Counted from the stretch's first letter, positions 1 through 14,002 are shown. The stretch is 64,000 bases of DNA from Ranitomeya imitator (GCF_032444005.1 NC_091289.1:63116001-63180000); one strand, 5' to 3'. Numbers and translations are program-made. Notes: generated by a model not told the origin, from the sequence alone.

Positions 1-570
1 CAGTGTATAGTACAATAATACTCCTCTATAGCACATGCACTATAATACTCCTCTATAGGACGCAGTGTATAGTACAATAATACTCCTCTATAGCACATGC
101 ACTATAATACTCCTCTATAGGACGCAGCGTATAGAACTATAATACTCCTCTATAGGACGCAGTGTATAGTACAATAATACTCCTCTATAGCACATGCACT
201 AATATACTCCTCTATAGGACGCAGCGTATAGCACTAATACTCCTCTATAGGACGCAGCGTATAGCACTATAATACTCCTCTATAGGACGCAGCGTATAGC
301 ACTATAATACTCCTCTATAGGATGCAGTGTATAGTACAATAATACTCCTCTATAGGACGCAGCGCTTACATATACATGCTTTTCCTGGAGAAATTATAGA
401 ACTATTATAGAACTATAATACTCCTCTATAGGACGCAGTGTATAGTAGAAGAATACTCCTCTATAGCACATGCACTATAATACTCCTCTATAGGACACAG
501 CGTATAGCACTATAATACTCCTCTATAGCACACAGCGTATGGCACTATAATACTCCTCTATAGGACGCAG
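1..570. repeat. Minisatellite, ~35-bp unit (ggacgcagcgtatagcactataatactcctctata) with variants, in pmm1 intron
   Basis: About 15 tandem copies of 'aatactcctctatag' read directly; the array runs off the window start. Confidence 0.95.
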
Positions 571-2236
571 TGCTTACATATACATGCATTTCCTGGAGAG
601 AATCTTGGTTTTCAATCTGCACACTGGGGGAGATTCTATAAAACTGGTGCAGAGAAAAGCGCAGTATTTGCCAGAAGGAATGAGATTGCAGCTCTCGTTT
701 TTCAGAAGCTTTTTGAAGGGGCAACATGTTTGGATGCTGCAGTGAACAACTCCAATTTCTATTATGTGCTGGAGCATTTGACTGAAAAAGCTTCAGGGTC
801 GATGTGAATTTTAAAAATAAAAATGTAATATTTGTAAGAAAACGACAAATATTGCTAGTGAGATATGGGAAATATGCATGCCTTCCTCATCAGCCGAGTA
901 GAGGAGGACGATATCACGGTGAACGGGCTGCGGTGCGGTAAATGAGGCGGCTTTTGTATTCCAAAACGGTTCTTTATTGTTCCAACGCATTTCAGCTCCT
1001 TTCTCAAGGTAAAAAAAAAAACTTCATCAATTTGGTGCAGTACGTTCCATTTTATCGCTCTCAAAAAGTTCATGTATTGCTCTGCAGAAATGTCAATGAA
1101 ATGGTGGGGGAGATTCAGGGAAAATAAGCAGGTGGGAAGGTGCATATAAACGATTGGCCCCGCCGTGAACAATCATCCTGTGCTGACAGAGCCCCCTTAC
1201 ACGCACCTTCCCACCTGCCTGTTTTCCATCTATATCCTCCCTTCTCTCGTCAGTTAAAGATGGGGAGATAGAGTGAAAATACGCAGGTGGGAAAGTGCAC
1301 GGAACGGTTTGCCACGCCAAGGGTGCACCGAAAACCTGTGCTTGTTGTGAACATTTATTCTGTGCTGGCAAAGTCCCTTTAATTTAATAGGAAACTGGGA
1401 CCTCTCCATGTGTTTCTGAAGTATGGGATCTAATCAGAGTAAGGTCCCCTCCACATGGCAGTATTTTGAGTGGTAAGGGCACATATAATTTGGGCAGAGA
1501 TCGGGAAACACTGAACATTCTGGCTGGCGGCATAGAAATACCTGAAGCGGTCACACTCTGGTCAGGAGAGCCGCCAGCCACTCCGTGCACGGTGTCCCGA
1601 TCTCAGTCCGATTTATACAGCCACCCGACTGCGCTCTAAGACAAACTAGAAATGAGATCAAAACGCAGAAGACGTGCGAAATCCTTAGATTACAGTTTGT
1701 CTCACTTTTTACTGAACTCAGCACACAAACTCCACACTAACCTGCAATTATAAATCCTCCGGAGGATGTCAAGAAGTTTGTCGTTTAGTATGGATTATAA
1801 TTTCCTTAGGAAACTAATACAACGGTCCATTGAGGAAAGGAAAATTAGAATTAATCGAAATGATCATAAGGTGACACGTTTTCTTTTAAAGCCACAAGTT
1901 CCAGGGACCACCAGACCACGGCTTCATTGATACCAATGAGGTCAGGGCGAGGGCTTGTGGCTTTATCACGGATGCTAAACTTTAGCCACAAGACGGCTGT
2001 CTAAAGAATCCCGGAAGACAATTTACATAAACATACAGCTCATCTGGAGAACTATCCTCCTAGTAAAGAGCATTCACAATGCACTTCCAGGTCCTCACTA
2101 TCTGTGCTGAAAACCCATTAGAAATATGCCCTGACAACGTCGTAACTGCAAATATACAGGATTACATAGAATATTTTACGTCTCCTGCACTATAGGTGCA
2201 TGCTATACTAATGTCACCTGTATGCTCGACACATAC

Positions 2237-2317
2237 CTCTCGTGCAGGGGTTAATGTCCCATCCACATCAAAAAGACACAGAATGTCTCTCTGCTTTTGG
2301 CTCCTGGGATCTGCCAT
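2237..2317 (-). CDS. pmm1: Phosphomannomutase 1, first coding exon (MADPRSQKQRDILCLFDVDGTLTPARE); later exons lie beyond the window start
   Basis: HAD motif I (LCLFDVDGTLT). TLTPAR matches PMM1 rather than PMM2 (TLTAPR). Kozak gcaATGG, phase-0 donor GAG|gtatgt, and PMM1-DESI1-XRCC6 synteny as in human. Confidence 0.92.
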
Positions 2318-3400
2318 TGCCTGTCCATCTGCAGAGAGGCCTGCTGCTGCCCCTGCAATGAATGGAAGCTGGGAGGGAGTGTGAGGGGCTGGTATAGGAG
2401 GGTGGGAGGCGTGGTGGCCCTGCTGGCCACTTACAGCGCAGCCTCAGAGTCACATGGTCATGGTAAACAAGACACAGATCACGTAGCCGGTGACTTCCTG
2501 AAGCTTGTCAGAAAAACACCAAAGCCAAGTAGGGTAAAAGTCAGTGCATGGTAGCGGCCGGCGACCTTACACCTACATTGTGTCCAGGACAGGCTGCCCT
2601 GATACCGCCACTGCCAGCACCGCTGACCAATAACCCTACATGAAGAACGTCTGTCAATCTCTAGTACAGAACTCTATAGGATCATTGCGTATGAGCCTGG
2701 GTAATACGACAGCCCATAAACCTGGCCTCATCTAATCACCGATAGCGGTCAGCCAGCCTCCATATTATAGGGGCACATAAGGCGGCACACAGCACTACTA
2801 GCGCCGACTGTGGACCGGTACGACAGGTTTTGGGGGCTACAAAGCTGTGGGCACGAGGTGGTCGAAGACTTGTTAGTCTGATGACAGATATCCAATCCTC
2901 AGAGACAGATGACCACCCGTCTCATTTACAATTTATTACTTTGGTTAAAAACATATCGGACATTCTTAAAATTATCAACTGAATGGATATTGTGAGAAAC
3001 CATTATATATCTATATTTATTATAATAACCCCCACTGACAGCAGTTAAAGGGAAGCAGTCACCTCGGAAAATGCTCTCTGCAAATATAAGGTTAATCTGT
3101 AGGTAACTAGCATTACAGTGCTGCTCTGCTGCCTTAATGAAAGTGTGGCTACTGACAGTTAACCTGGAGCCGCCAGCTTTCAGTCATGGGGTAAGCCCAA
3201 AGCGGCTACATCACTGCTCACTATACTGTATGAATGCCCTGGCACTGTGAGCGACAGCCAGCTCTGCCATGCACAGACATGCTGGAGAGTCAGCTGTCAA
3301 AGTGCTAGGGCGTGGTTCCAAAGAAAGGGCAAGTAAACACCAAACACAATTTTGAAATCAAAGGTCTTTATTATTCAGGGAAAAAATAAATCGAAACTTG

Positions 3401-4777
<1,377 letters not shown>

Positions 4778-5249
4778 TACGTGACCTGCCTCTACAAAAC
4801 TTATGCTGCTATACTAAATGTATATGTAGGATAGGGAGCAAACTCTTAGTTAGTTACTGGTAACTGGATTTTTCTGAATCCATGAACGCACCACTAGTGA
4901 GGGGATCCGCCCACCAAGGATAGGAAACCTACAGGCTAAAAAGGCCGGCACTTCTCCATCACACAGCTTAAATTACAGAGCACGAGAGGACCTTTAATGG
5001 TTATAACAAAAAAAAACAAAAAACCCACACATCAACCATTACCATATAACACAATCTTAAAACGTGGAATCACAACCCTAGCGAAAAAATTGCTCATCCC
5101 ACACGTGACGGGAGGGTATATAAGGCTAAGAAAGACTATCGATCGCCCATGACAGCACCACTAGAGAATTACAAAGAAATTTAGAATTCAGGGAGGGACC
5201 ACAGCCCGGAGCAGAGAAAATAAGAATTCAGGAAGGGACCACAGCCTGG

Positions 5250-6200
5250 AGCACCCTTCTCCCAAAATTGAGATCGGAAGAGGAACCCATATCCCGTCTA
5301 TAATGTCTACAGAAAGTGGAAGGAGAAGACCAGGTTGCTGCCTTACAAATTTCTTCGATTAAGACGTCTGACCTCTCCGCCAAGGAGGTTGCCACGGCCA
5401 ATGTGGAGTCTTTAAACCTTCTGGGACCACTTTGCTACTTGTTGTGTACTCTAAAGAAACGGCCTCCCTAATCCACCTAGCAATTGTGTGTTTTGAGGCT
5501 TTAAGCTCTTTACTAGAATCCTGGAAGGATACAAAACAACGAACTATCCTTTCTCGAGTTTTCCGTAGCAGACAAGTATCTGACTGTACATCTTTTAACA
5601 TCCAGAGTATGAAGTTTCTCTTCCTTCTGGTTATTTGTATTAGAACAAAAGGAAGGAAGGACTACCTCTTGCAATCTGTGAAATTGGGATGTTACTTTAG
5701 ATAGGTAGGCTGGATTGGGCTTTAAAATTACTCTGTCATCTAGAATGAGTAAATGGTGGAGCTATAGAAAGAGCCTGAATGTCACTGACTCTTCTGGCAG
5801 ATGTTAACGCTACCAAAAGGGCTGTTTTAAGTGAAAGAATCTTAAAGAGTGCAGATTCTATGGGCTGAAATGGTACGTCTGTCAAGGCTGCCAGGACCAA
5901 ATTCCAATCCAATGGGACTGATTTTTCTTTAGAAATGGGCCATTTTGATGCTTTAATAAATCTTGACTCCCAATAATTACTAGCTATATCACAGCTGTAC
6001 AGAGCCCCAAGTGCCACCACTTGGACTTTTAAGGTACTAGTGGATAGATCTAAATCGAGACCCATTTCCAAAAATTCCAATATACACTCCACTGGTGCCC
6101 CATCCTCCACCTTGAAGAGGATAAAAACTTTCTGCAAGTTCTACCATATATTCTAGTCGTGACTGCCTTCTTACTCTGAAGCAGAGTGGAGATGAGATTA
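5250..6200 (-). pseudogene. DIRS tyrosine recombinase remnant (frameshifted)
   Basis: ORF pieces 5736-6137 and 5359-5601 contain WNLVLAALT, KTALLVALTSARRVSDIQAL and ASKHTIARWI. Confidence 0.85.
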
Positions 6201-6883
6201 GGAGAAAACCCTCTATTCCTTTCACAGTGCCCTCTCAAATTCTACACCATCAAGTGGAGGTTGACTGCTTGTGGATGGCGTACTACCCCTAGAGAAAGGA
6301 GATTCGGGACCTGCAGAAGAACCCATGGATCAGACACAGACATTATCCTTAGCCATGAGAATCAAGGTGTTTTGGGCAAAAAGTGAGCAACTAACAATCC
6401 TTGCCCTGTCCTCCCTGATCTTTCTTATAACAGAATCAGGACTACAGGAAGAAAGATGTATGCCAGGCTGAAATCCCACGGAATCAGGACAGCGTCTACC
6501 AGTAGGGGATCTTCCTTGGGGACAGGGGACACAACTCTTTCACCTGTTTATCTTGCTGGCAAACAGGTCTATGTCTAGGACACCCTACATCTGAACTATC
6601 TGGTCAAAGATGTCCCGACTTAGCTACCACTCCCCTTGTTTTAGCTGATTGTGGCTTAGGAAGTCCGCATTGAGGCTTTCCTTTCCTTTTATATGTAGAG
6701 CTGTCAAAGAAAGGAGATGACCTTCCGCTAGCTATTATAAGTGATCTGCCACCTCTATCTAAGGTTTAGACCGAGTCTCCCCTGGTGATTTATGAAAGCC
6801 ACTGACATTTGATTGTCGAGTGAATCCGGACATGCTGACCCTGTAGGGATACAAGGAATTTACTTACAGCTAGTAGTCCTTTA

Positions 6884-8226
6884 CATAGTAACATAGTAAC
6901 ATAGTTAGTAAGGCCGAAAAAAGACATTTGTCCATCCAGTTCAGCCTATATTCCATCATAATAAATCCCCAGATCTACGTCCTTCTACAGAACCTAATTG
7001 TATGATACAATATTGTTCTGCTCCAGGAAGACATCCAGGCCTCTCTTGAACCCCTTGACTGAGTTCGCCATCACCACCTCCTCAGGCAAGCAATTCCAGA
7101 TTCTCACTGCCCTAACAGTAAAGAATCCTCTTCTATGTTGGTGGAAAAACCTTCTCTCCTCCAGACGCAAAGAATGCCCCCTTGTGCCCGTCACCTTCCT
7201 TGGTATAAACAGATCCTCAGCGAGATATTTGTATTGTCCCCTTATATACTTATACATGGTTATTAGATCGCCCCTCAGTCGTCTTTTTTCTAGACTAAAT
7301 AATCCTAATTTCGCTAATCTATCTGGGTATTGTAGTTCTCCCATCCCCTTTATTAATTTTGTTGCCCTCCTTTGTACTCTCTCTAGTTCCATTATATCCT
7401 TCCTGAGCACCGGTGCCCAAAACTGGACACAGTACTCCATGTGCGGTCTAACTAGGGATTTGTACAGAGGCAGTATAATGCTCTCATCATGTGTATCCAG
7501 ACCTCTTTTAATGCACCCCATGATCCGGTTTGCCTTGGCAGCTGCTGCCTGGCACTGGCTGCTCCAGGTAAGTTTATCATTAACTAGGATCCCCAAGTCC
7601 TTCTCCCTGTCAGATTTACCCAGTGGTTTCCCATTCAGTGTGTAATGGTGACATTGATTCCTTCTTCCCATGTGTATAACCTTACATTTATCATTGTTAA
7701 ACCTCATCTGCCACCTTTCAGCCCAAGTTTCCAACTTATCCAGATCCATCTGTAGCAGAATACTATCTTCTCTTGTATTAACTGCTTTACATAGTTTTGT
7801 ATCATCTGCAAATATCGATATTTTACTGTGTAAACCTTCTACCAGATCATTAATGAATATGTTGAAGAGAACAGGTCTCAATACCGACCCCTGCGGTACC
7901 CCACTGGTCACAGCGACCCAGTTAGAGACTATACCATTTATAACCACCCTCTGCTTTCTATCACTAAGCCAGTTACTAACCCATTTACACACAATTTCCC
8001 CCAGACCAAGCATTCTCATTTTGTGTACCAACCTCTTGTGCGGCACGGTATCAAACGCTTTGGAAAAATCGAGATATACCACGTCCAATGACTCACCGTG
8101 GTCCAGCCTATAGCTTACCTCTTCATAAAAACTGATTAGATTGGTTTGACAGGAGCGATTTCTCATAAACCCATGCTGATATGGAGTTAAACAGTTATTC
8201 TCATTGAGATAATCCAGAATAACATC
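6884..8226 (-). mobile_element. 5'-truncated CR1 LINE inserted into the DIRS RNase H region
   Basis: 3' tail of 8-bp repeats (TTACTATG)n. CCTTTA is repeated at both flanks (6878-6883, 8227-8232). Confidence 0.93.
6994..8166 (-). CDS. CR1 ORF2 C-terminal part (reverse transcriptase), 390 aa open but 5'-truncated
   Basis: [28 protein letters not shown] and LFSLEKRRLRGDLI are canonical CR1 RT motifs. Confidence 0.93.
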   Translation of the reverse strand: MRNRSCQTNLISFYEEVSYRLDHGESLDVVYLDFSKAFDTVPHKRLVHKMRMLGLGEIVCKWVSNWLSDRKQRVVINGIVSNWVAVTSGVPQGSVLRPVLFNIFINDLVEGLHSKISIFADDTKLCKAVNTREDSILLQMDLDKLETWAERWQMRFNNDKCKVIHMGRRNQCHHYTLNGKPLGKSDREKDLGILVNDKLTWSSQCQAAAAKANRIMGCIKRGLDTHDESIILPLYKSLVRPHMEYCVQFWAPVLRKDIMELERVQRRATKLIKGMGELQYPDRLAKLGLFSLEKRRLRGDLITMYKYIRGQYKYLAEDLFIPRKVTGTRGHSLRLEERRFFHQHRRGFFTVRAVRIWNCLPEEVVMANSVKGFKRGLDVFLEQNNIVSYN

Positions 8227-8288
8227 CCTTTAGAATTAGACAACAGTGCTCTTTCACTCTTAGTCCAGACCCCCTGGACTAAATCCCT

Positions 8289-10030
8289 AAGAAAGCTTCT
8301 CTGCCCCTTGAGGATATGGGGGCATTGAGGGATCCTCTCGATAGGAAAGTGGACATCTTTCTTAGGGGTACATGAGAGACATCAGCTGGGGTCCTGAAAC
8401 CTGCAATAGCAGTAACATGTACTGCTAGATCCTTAATTATCTGGCTGGATTGCCTGGAATCCCAGTTAAAAGGACAGAGTGGCAAGGGATAACATCTTGC
8501 CCACTATTCCGCTTATGCGGGTAGCAGCAGCTTTCTTATCAGATGCTTCTACAGACTATACGGCTGGTGGCAAGGTCAGCTGCCCATTCCAATGCAGCCC
8601 ATAAGGTCTTGTGGTTGCAGTGCTGGCCAGGGGATAATTAGGCCAGAACAAGATAGTGTACCCTTCCAGATACTGTGAGGAGGAGTATCTGTGTGGCCCA
8701 GTCTTGGATGATGTTCTGGATAAAGTGGGGGATGCAAAAAAAGGATTTCCTAGTCTATCCATTTCTTCCTACAGACAATCTTTTCAAAAGACGAAGTTTG
8801 TCTGAAGAAAGACCCCCAGGAAACAAGATAAATGGGAAGATTGCATAAGGAAAGGTAGAGGCTTCATGTTCGAAACTCCTTTCCAAGATGCCAGAAAATT
8901 GGGTCAATGACTCTCGTTCTGGGAGGGGGTAAAAGTCTTTCCTCCTTTTAACCTGCCTGGGAGGGAATTTCAGGCAGTAGCTGGATCCTTATCCTGATAA
9001 AAATTGGGCTGAAGTTCGAATTCCAGTCAGTCTCACAAGAAAGATTTGTTTGGACTCCCCCATAATCCTCACCAAGAGAGCAGTTGACCCTAGAGACAGA
9101 TCTTGGACCGTTTTTCAGAAAGCCTTCCTCCTGGAAGTCCCTATCTTTCTAATAAACAAGCCAGATGGTTCCTTCAGGACTATAATAAATCTGAATGCTT
9201 TGAACCAATTCCTGAGCATTCAATCTTTTAAAATGGAATCCATTAAGTCAGCAATAAAGCAACTTTCTCAGTTGTTTCATGGCAGTCTTGGATTTGAAAG
9301 ATGCTTACTATCATGTGCCCATACACATGGAACATCTGAAATACCTCAAAGTAGCAATAGCCATCGAGGGAGTAGGCAGGCACTATTAATTCAGGGCCCT
9401 CCCATTTGGGCTAGCTGTACCTCCTCCTATCTTCACAAAGGTGATTGCAGAGGCGATAGCCCATCTCAGGGAAAAGAATGTGTTGAATATCCCGTATCTA
9501 GATGACATCCTGGTAGTATTTAAGTCATCCTACCATTGTACAAGTCAACTAAAGGAGGTGATGACTACCCTAAAGGGACTAGGCTGGCTACAGAATCTGA
9601 AGAAGATCAGATTAAAGCCCCCCAAAATCCAAGAGTTTCTAGGGCTCCTGTTGAACTCGGAGGTACAGGAATGTCACCTCCCAGTAGATAAAATAGAAAA
9701 AAATCCAGAACCAAGTGTTGAAAGCCATGGAAGTCCTCTCCGTGTTCCTTAGGGGTGCAATGTCCCTCCTGGGTTATTTAACATCATGCTTTCCCTCTGT
9801 TCTGTGGGCCCTGTGGCATTCCAGAGTCTTACAATGGGACATTCTACAGAACAAGATCTCCCGTAGGTGGCACCTGGAAGGTAGGATGACTATCACTACA
9901 CAAGGTGCAATCCCTCCAGTGGTGGCTAGATAGATCAAACCTGTCCAGGGTGGTTCCCTTGGTTAATGAACCAACCTTTACACCGGTTGTCACCACAGAT
10001 GCAAGCCCCGGGTGGTGGTGTGCTCATCTT
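8289..10030 (+). pseudogene. Inverted internal segment of the DIRS element (gag C-terminus, RT, start of RNase H)
   Basis: LPLEDMGALRDPLDRK, KPDGSFRTIINL, DLKDAYYHVPIH, PYLDDILV and VTTDAS read on plus, while the flanking DIRS parts read on minus. Confidence 0.88.
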
Positions 10031-13000
10031 GAGAGGCTTTGTTATTGCCACATCCAGGTTAGGGACTTTGTCTCATAATGATGGAGAGGACTCGTCAAAA
10101 GCATATTTCCTTTTGAAAGGATGGGGGAAGAGGGCCACTCTTTTCCGGCTTTCTCCACTACTTCCAGACTTAAGACTGGATCCTTTCGTTTAACAGAAAG
10201 GCTTGACATTTTTTCTGATCTAGACCCCGGAACATAATGTCCTGCACTGATCTTTCCGGTCTAGAGTCCACTACACCCATCGTGGATCTGACTGCTTTAA
10301 TTAGCCTATCCACTTCTTCAAGCGGAAAACAATGATGCCCTAAGCTGCTGTCTGAAGAGGAGGCAGACGCAGAGGTATTGACAGAGTCGTCCTCATAATC
10401 TGATGATGGACCTCAGGTCAGTGGTGAAGTTAGGAGTCACCTCTGCAACGGTCTGCCCTATGCAGGACTGGCAAAGCCTCTTTTGATATTTATCGGGTAA
10501 TAACATCTTACAAGGTGCACATTCCTTGTGCTTAGATTTAGCCACACATTTCTTTCCCTGGCAATAAATGGCAAGAAAGGAACAAAAAAAAACCATTACC
10601 AAGTGAGCTTTCATAAAGATCACTTACCACCGTAACGCAATCAAATGGTATCGGTTTAAAGGGAGGACACATCTCAGCTGGAAGATGGTCTCTGGAGGCT
10701 GCAGATTCGTCCACTTTCCTGGAACTTCACTGACTGGATCTGCTACCTTTTGCAGAACCCCGTCTCGCTGTGGCCCGGCTACCGCCTCCATTGCCACCCA
10801 CTCGTAGGGCTTCCTATCAGTCTCCTGTGGCTACCACTGCACAAGCAGCTATTGCTCAGAATCTGTCTCCATTCTCCTAAAGGGGACAGGTGAGCTTGGA
10901 AGCATCTGAACAGTGGGGCCAGCATATTTTTATACCGGCTTAGGTGTTCCTCACTGGTACTACCCAAATTTTTCTGGGATATGTGGCTCCTGCGTGGGCA
11001 ACAGTGCACCTGCGTCATCCGGGCACATCTCGTTCTACAGACACGCCTCCTGGCTTGCGCCTGTCCATCATACGGAGCGTGCCTCCGGCCGCATCACAGG
11101 CCTGCATCATCACACATGCCCTGTAGCATGTGTCCCTTCCAGCCACCCCGTCCCGGTTTTGGCCACGCTACAGCCGACTTCTAAGCTGCGGGAAGGGTGG
11201 GACAGCACTGGAGCAGGATCACATCGTAGTCCGCCTGCCACATTATGAGCCATGCCAGAGAAGGTCATCACCTTCCTGGGGAGGCCACTCACCTACACAT
11301 CTGTGAAAGTCCGCTTGAACCCACCGTGGCGCCTCCAGGAACCCTGCACCGGCAGAGGAGCCTTGAACCAACCGGCCAGCCCTGGGACAGGAATACTCCA
11401 TTTTCTATCTTCTAACTCAGGTATGCCTCCACGAAATTCCCTTATCAAGGAAAGGAAACTGACTGAAGCAAGGAAGAAGTGCCACATTTTAAGTGTGTAG
11501 GCTTCTTGTCCTCGGTGGGCGGATCCCCTCTCTTGTGGTACTGTCATGGGTGATCGATAAATATTCCCTTATTTCCATTAAAGGTAGTCTGCCACTAAAT
11601 TCATGCTGCCCGAACCACAGCTGGCAAAAATCAGAGCCTGGGCACATGATTTCAGCCAGATATGTTTTATTCTGAAACACTGCGACAGAGAGGAAACATA
11701 AATTGAAAAGCTGGCTGAGAACTATATGAAGTGAGTAGGAAAAATGCTGAATAAGCTGCAGAGGGAACCCCGGCTTCCTGGATCGCACCGGCCGATCAGT
11801 GCCGCAGCTGCATGTGTCGCGGCTGTGTGACAGGCACAACACATTCATGGAGAGCCTGTTTGTTGGGATTAAACTGTGGTAACCAACTTTTTTCCTCTCA
11901 TCCACTTGCTCATGCAATGCTTGTCCTAAAAGGGACTTAAGAGCTGCCGTCAAATCTCCTCTGCCTTTCCTAATGAATATTTACCATACATTATGGGCTC
12001 ACTGTCCTGTCCTAGTCACTGCACAGATGGCAGCACATAAGGCAAAGTGTGTTGCAGTAAAGGAGGCTTGTCGGGATTAGAGTGGCGCAATTATGGTAAA
12101 GGACTAGTTGGCAGGAGATATACATTGAGCGGACTACTTGCCTCATCAATGAACAATCTCTTTAGAGGATTGCAACCGGAGCTTCGTCAACTATGGGCAT
12201 GTTAATCCAGACCGCCTCCATAACTGACATAGTGGGCAAAGACCTGCTGACACATAGTGAGGTCAACTACAAGACTTGGGTACCATTCCGATTCGTTACA
12301 CCTTGTCACGGTGGGATGGCTACTACTCAGTAGTCACCAAAAAGTAGTGGACAGTCTCTAAAGATTTAAGCTGACATTCTGCTGGGCTGAAAGTCTTATA
12401 CAGGTTATTAAAATCTATCTGGGAAAGAATGGAACATATATTGTGATAGTGAAGCATTTATTATACATTCAAATCCCATCTTTCCATGGGAAAAATACAT
12501 TAGGAATGAGTTCATAACACACAGATACTGAAATAAAGCATATTACAAAGAACATATAAACCGTAATACTACATCATGCCAGATGTAATACATCCACTGT
12601 TACATTGTAAGGATGAGACAGAGGTATAAATGTATAGAAGAGTATTTAACCCTTACTTATGTCGGTACATAGGAAAGGGGGACATCTGTTACCACGTATG
12701 CTGATCTAGTATCGTAAAAAAATAGGTTTAAATTCACAATAATATCAACTTGTCGATTTAGGAGGAGGGTAAAAGTGTAGCAGCTACTTCTAAGGCTGCG
12801 ATCTCATGAGCGTTTCCAGGAGATGTGCAAAGTTAGTTCATGGGAAGGTATGAAGTCCCCACTCACACACAGCTCCAGCAGCTACTGAAGACGTCAGCCA
12901 GGACACCACAATTGCTGTTTTTCTTTTTCAAGGCCTCATGCACATGGCAAGGAGGTTGGACGACCACGCAGACTCCTTTATGGCTATGTACTATGGAGCG

Positions 13001-14002
13001 GTGTGACCTCAATGACGTGAATAAAGGTTGTGTGTTATAGGGTAAAGATCACACTTGATCTAGAAGTATAAAACAGCAATGTATACACTTAAAGGAACCT
13101 TCAAAAGTCAGTTTTTCCACCCAATCTGCAACATTTCATATACAATGACAGGAAAAAAAAAAGGTTCTACAATAGTAATATTCTGAAGGTCTTCTTTACA
13201 TTTTCTATAATCTATACCAAACGCTTCCGTGCCACAAGCAAATGAGTTGTTAGGAGTCCAGTGGGTGTTCCCAGTCTTCTGAAGAGTCTGGTATATTCAG
13301 GAGCTTTTGCAGCAACTTTTTCTCCCTGGAGTCGATTGACCCTACTGCCTCCACGATGCGCTCATCCCATGCGTGCACACCAGCCTGGCCCCAAGCCCCT
13401 GCAGTACGTTACCTAGCTCACTACACTTGCAGGCACCTCCCTTCTCAGGTTTTTTCCCATCCTAGCCCTCAGGAAGCACAAGTAGTGAAATAAACACTAG
13501 TGAACAATTACACACTTAGAACGCCAGCAGGAGAATTCTACTGTATGGGTTAGCCTTCTATATAACGGATACAGGGGGACTGTGCCTACTGTATACTCCA
13601 TGGAAGAGCAATTTGGGTCTGCAAATGGACCTGAAAGGTTCTCCGTATAGGCCGACTACATACCAACATTGTGTCTTTTTAGCCGCCATACATTGCGATT
13701 GCACAGCATCCCCTATGCTTTCTATATAGCGGTGTGGATTTGCTATAGGCACACAATTGCATATACCTGGCCGTCTGCTCAGCACGACTATTTGGAATGG
13801 TCCTAGCAAACATTGGACACAGGATGGATTTATCCACGTTACATCACAACACAGAGGCAGTAAGGCTTCACAGGAAAGAAAATAGGAGAAAACAAATCAC
13901 GCATCAATTCATTTTTCGTGTTACCCATTAACTAGTAGGAAGAGGACTATAATCCGGTTCTGCATTTTGTTGGCTCACACATCGTACATGACAGCCATAA
14001 CT

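Larger units (their letters stand above)
4840..11561 (-). mobile_element. DIRS1-like tyrosine-recombinase retrotransposon, degenerate, with an internal inversion and a CR1 insertion
   Basis: Inverted terminal repeats at ~4868-4933 and ~11495-11561 (TTT start on minus). Minus-strand gag N-terminus (KHKECAPC..LCQSC), RNase H/methyltransferase-like region (HIKG..NADFLS, DLFAS) and tyrosine recombinase (LVALTSARRVSDIQALS, KASKHTIARWI). Plus-strand gag C-terminus and RT. Confidence 0.9.

Noticed and set aside
730-805. Minus-strand IDPE...IEIGVV..S resembling PMM1 exon 2 (KIDPEV...VQIGVVGGS)
   Set aside because: The two pieces are in different frames with a stop between them, there is no AG acceptor, and GGSD is missing. 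Probably chance; a tblastn with frog PMM1 would settle it.
545-1590. Several 60-105 aa ORFs and exon-like segments
   Set aside because: No recognisable homology or consistent splice chain; open frames occur on both strands.
6998-8113. Plus-strand ORFs of 215 and 147 aa
   Set aside because: Antisense shadows of the CR1 RT. The same applies to the short ORFs opposite or overlapping the L1 (34282-36891) and L2 (60614-63520) ORF2s.
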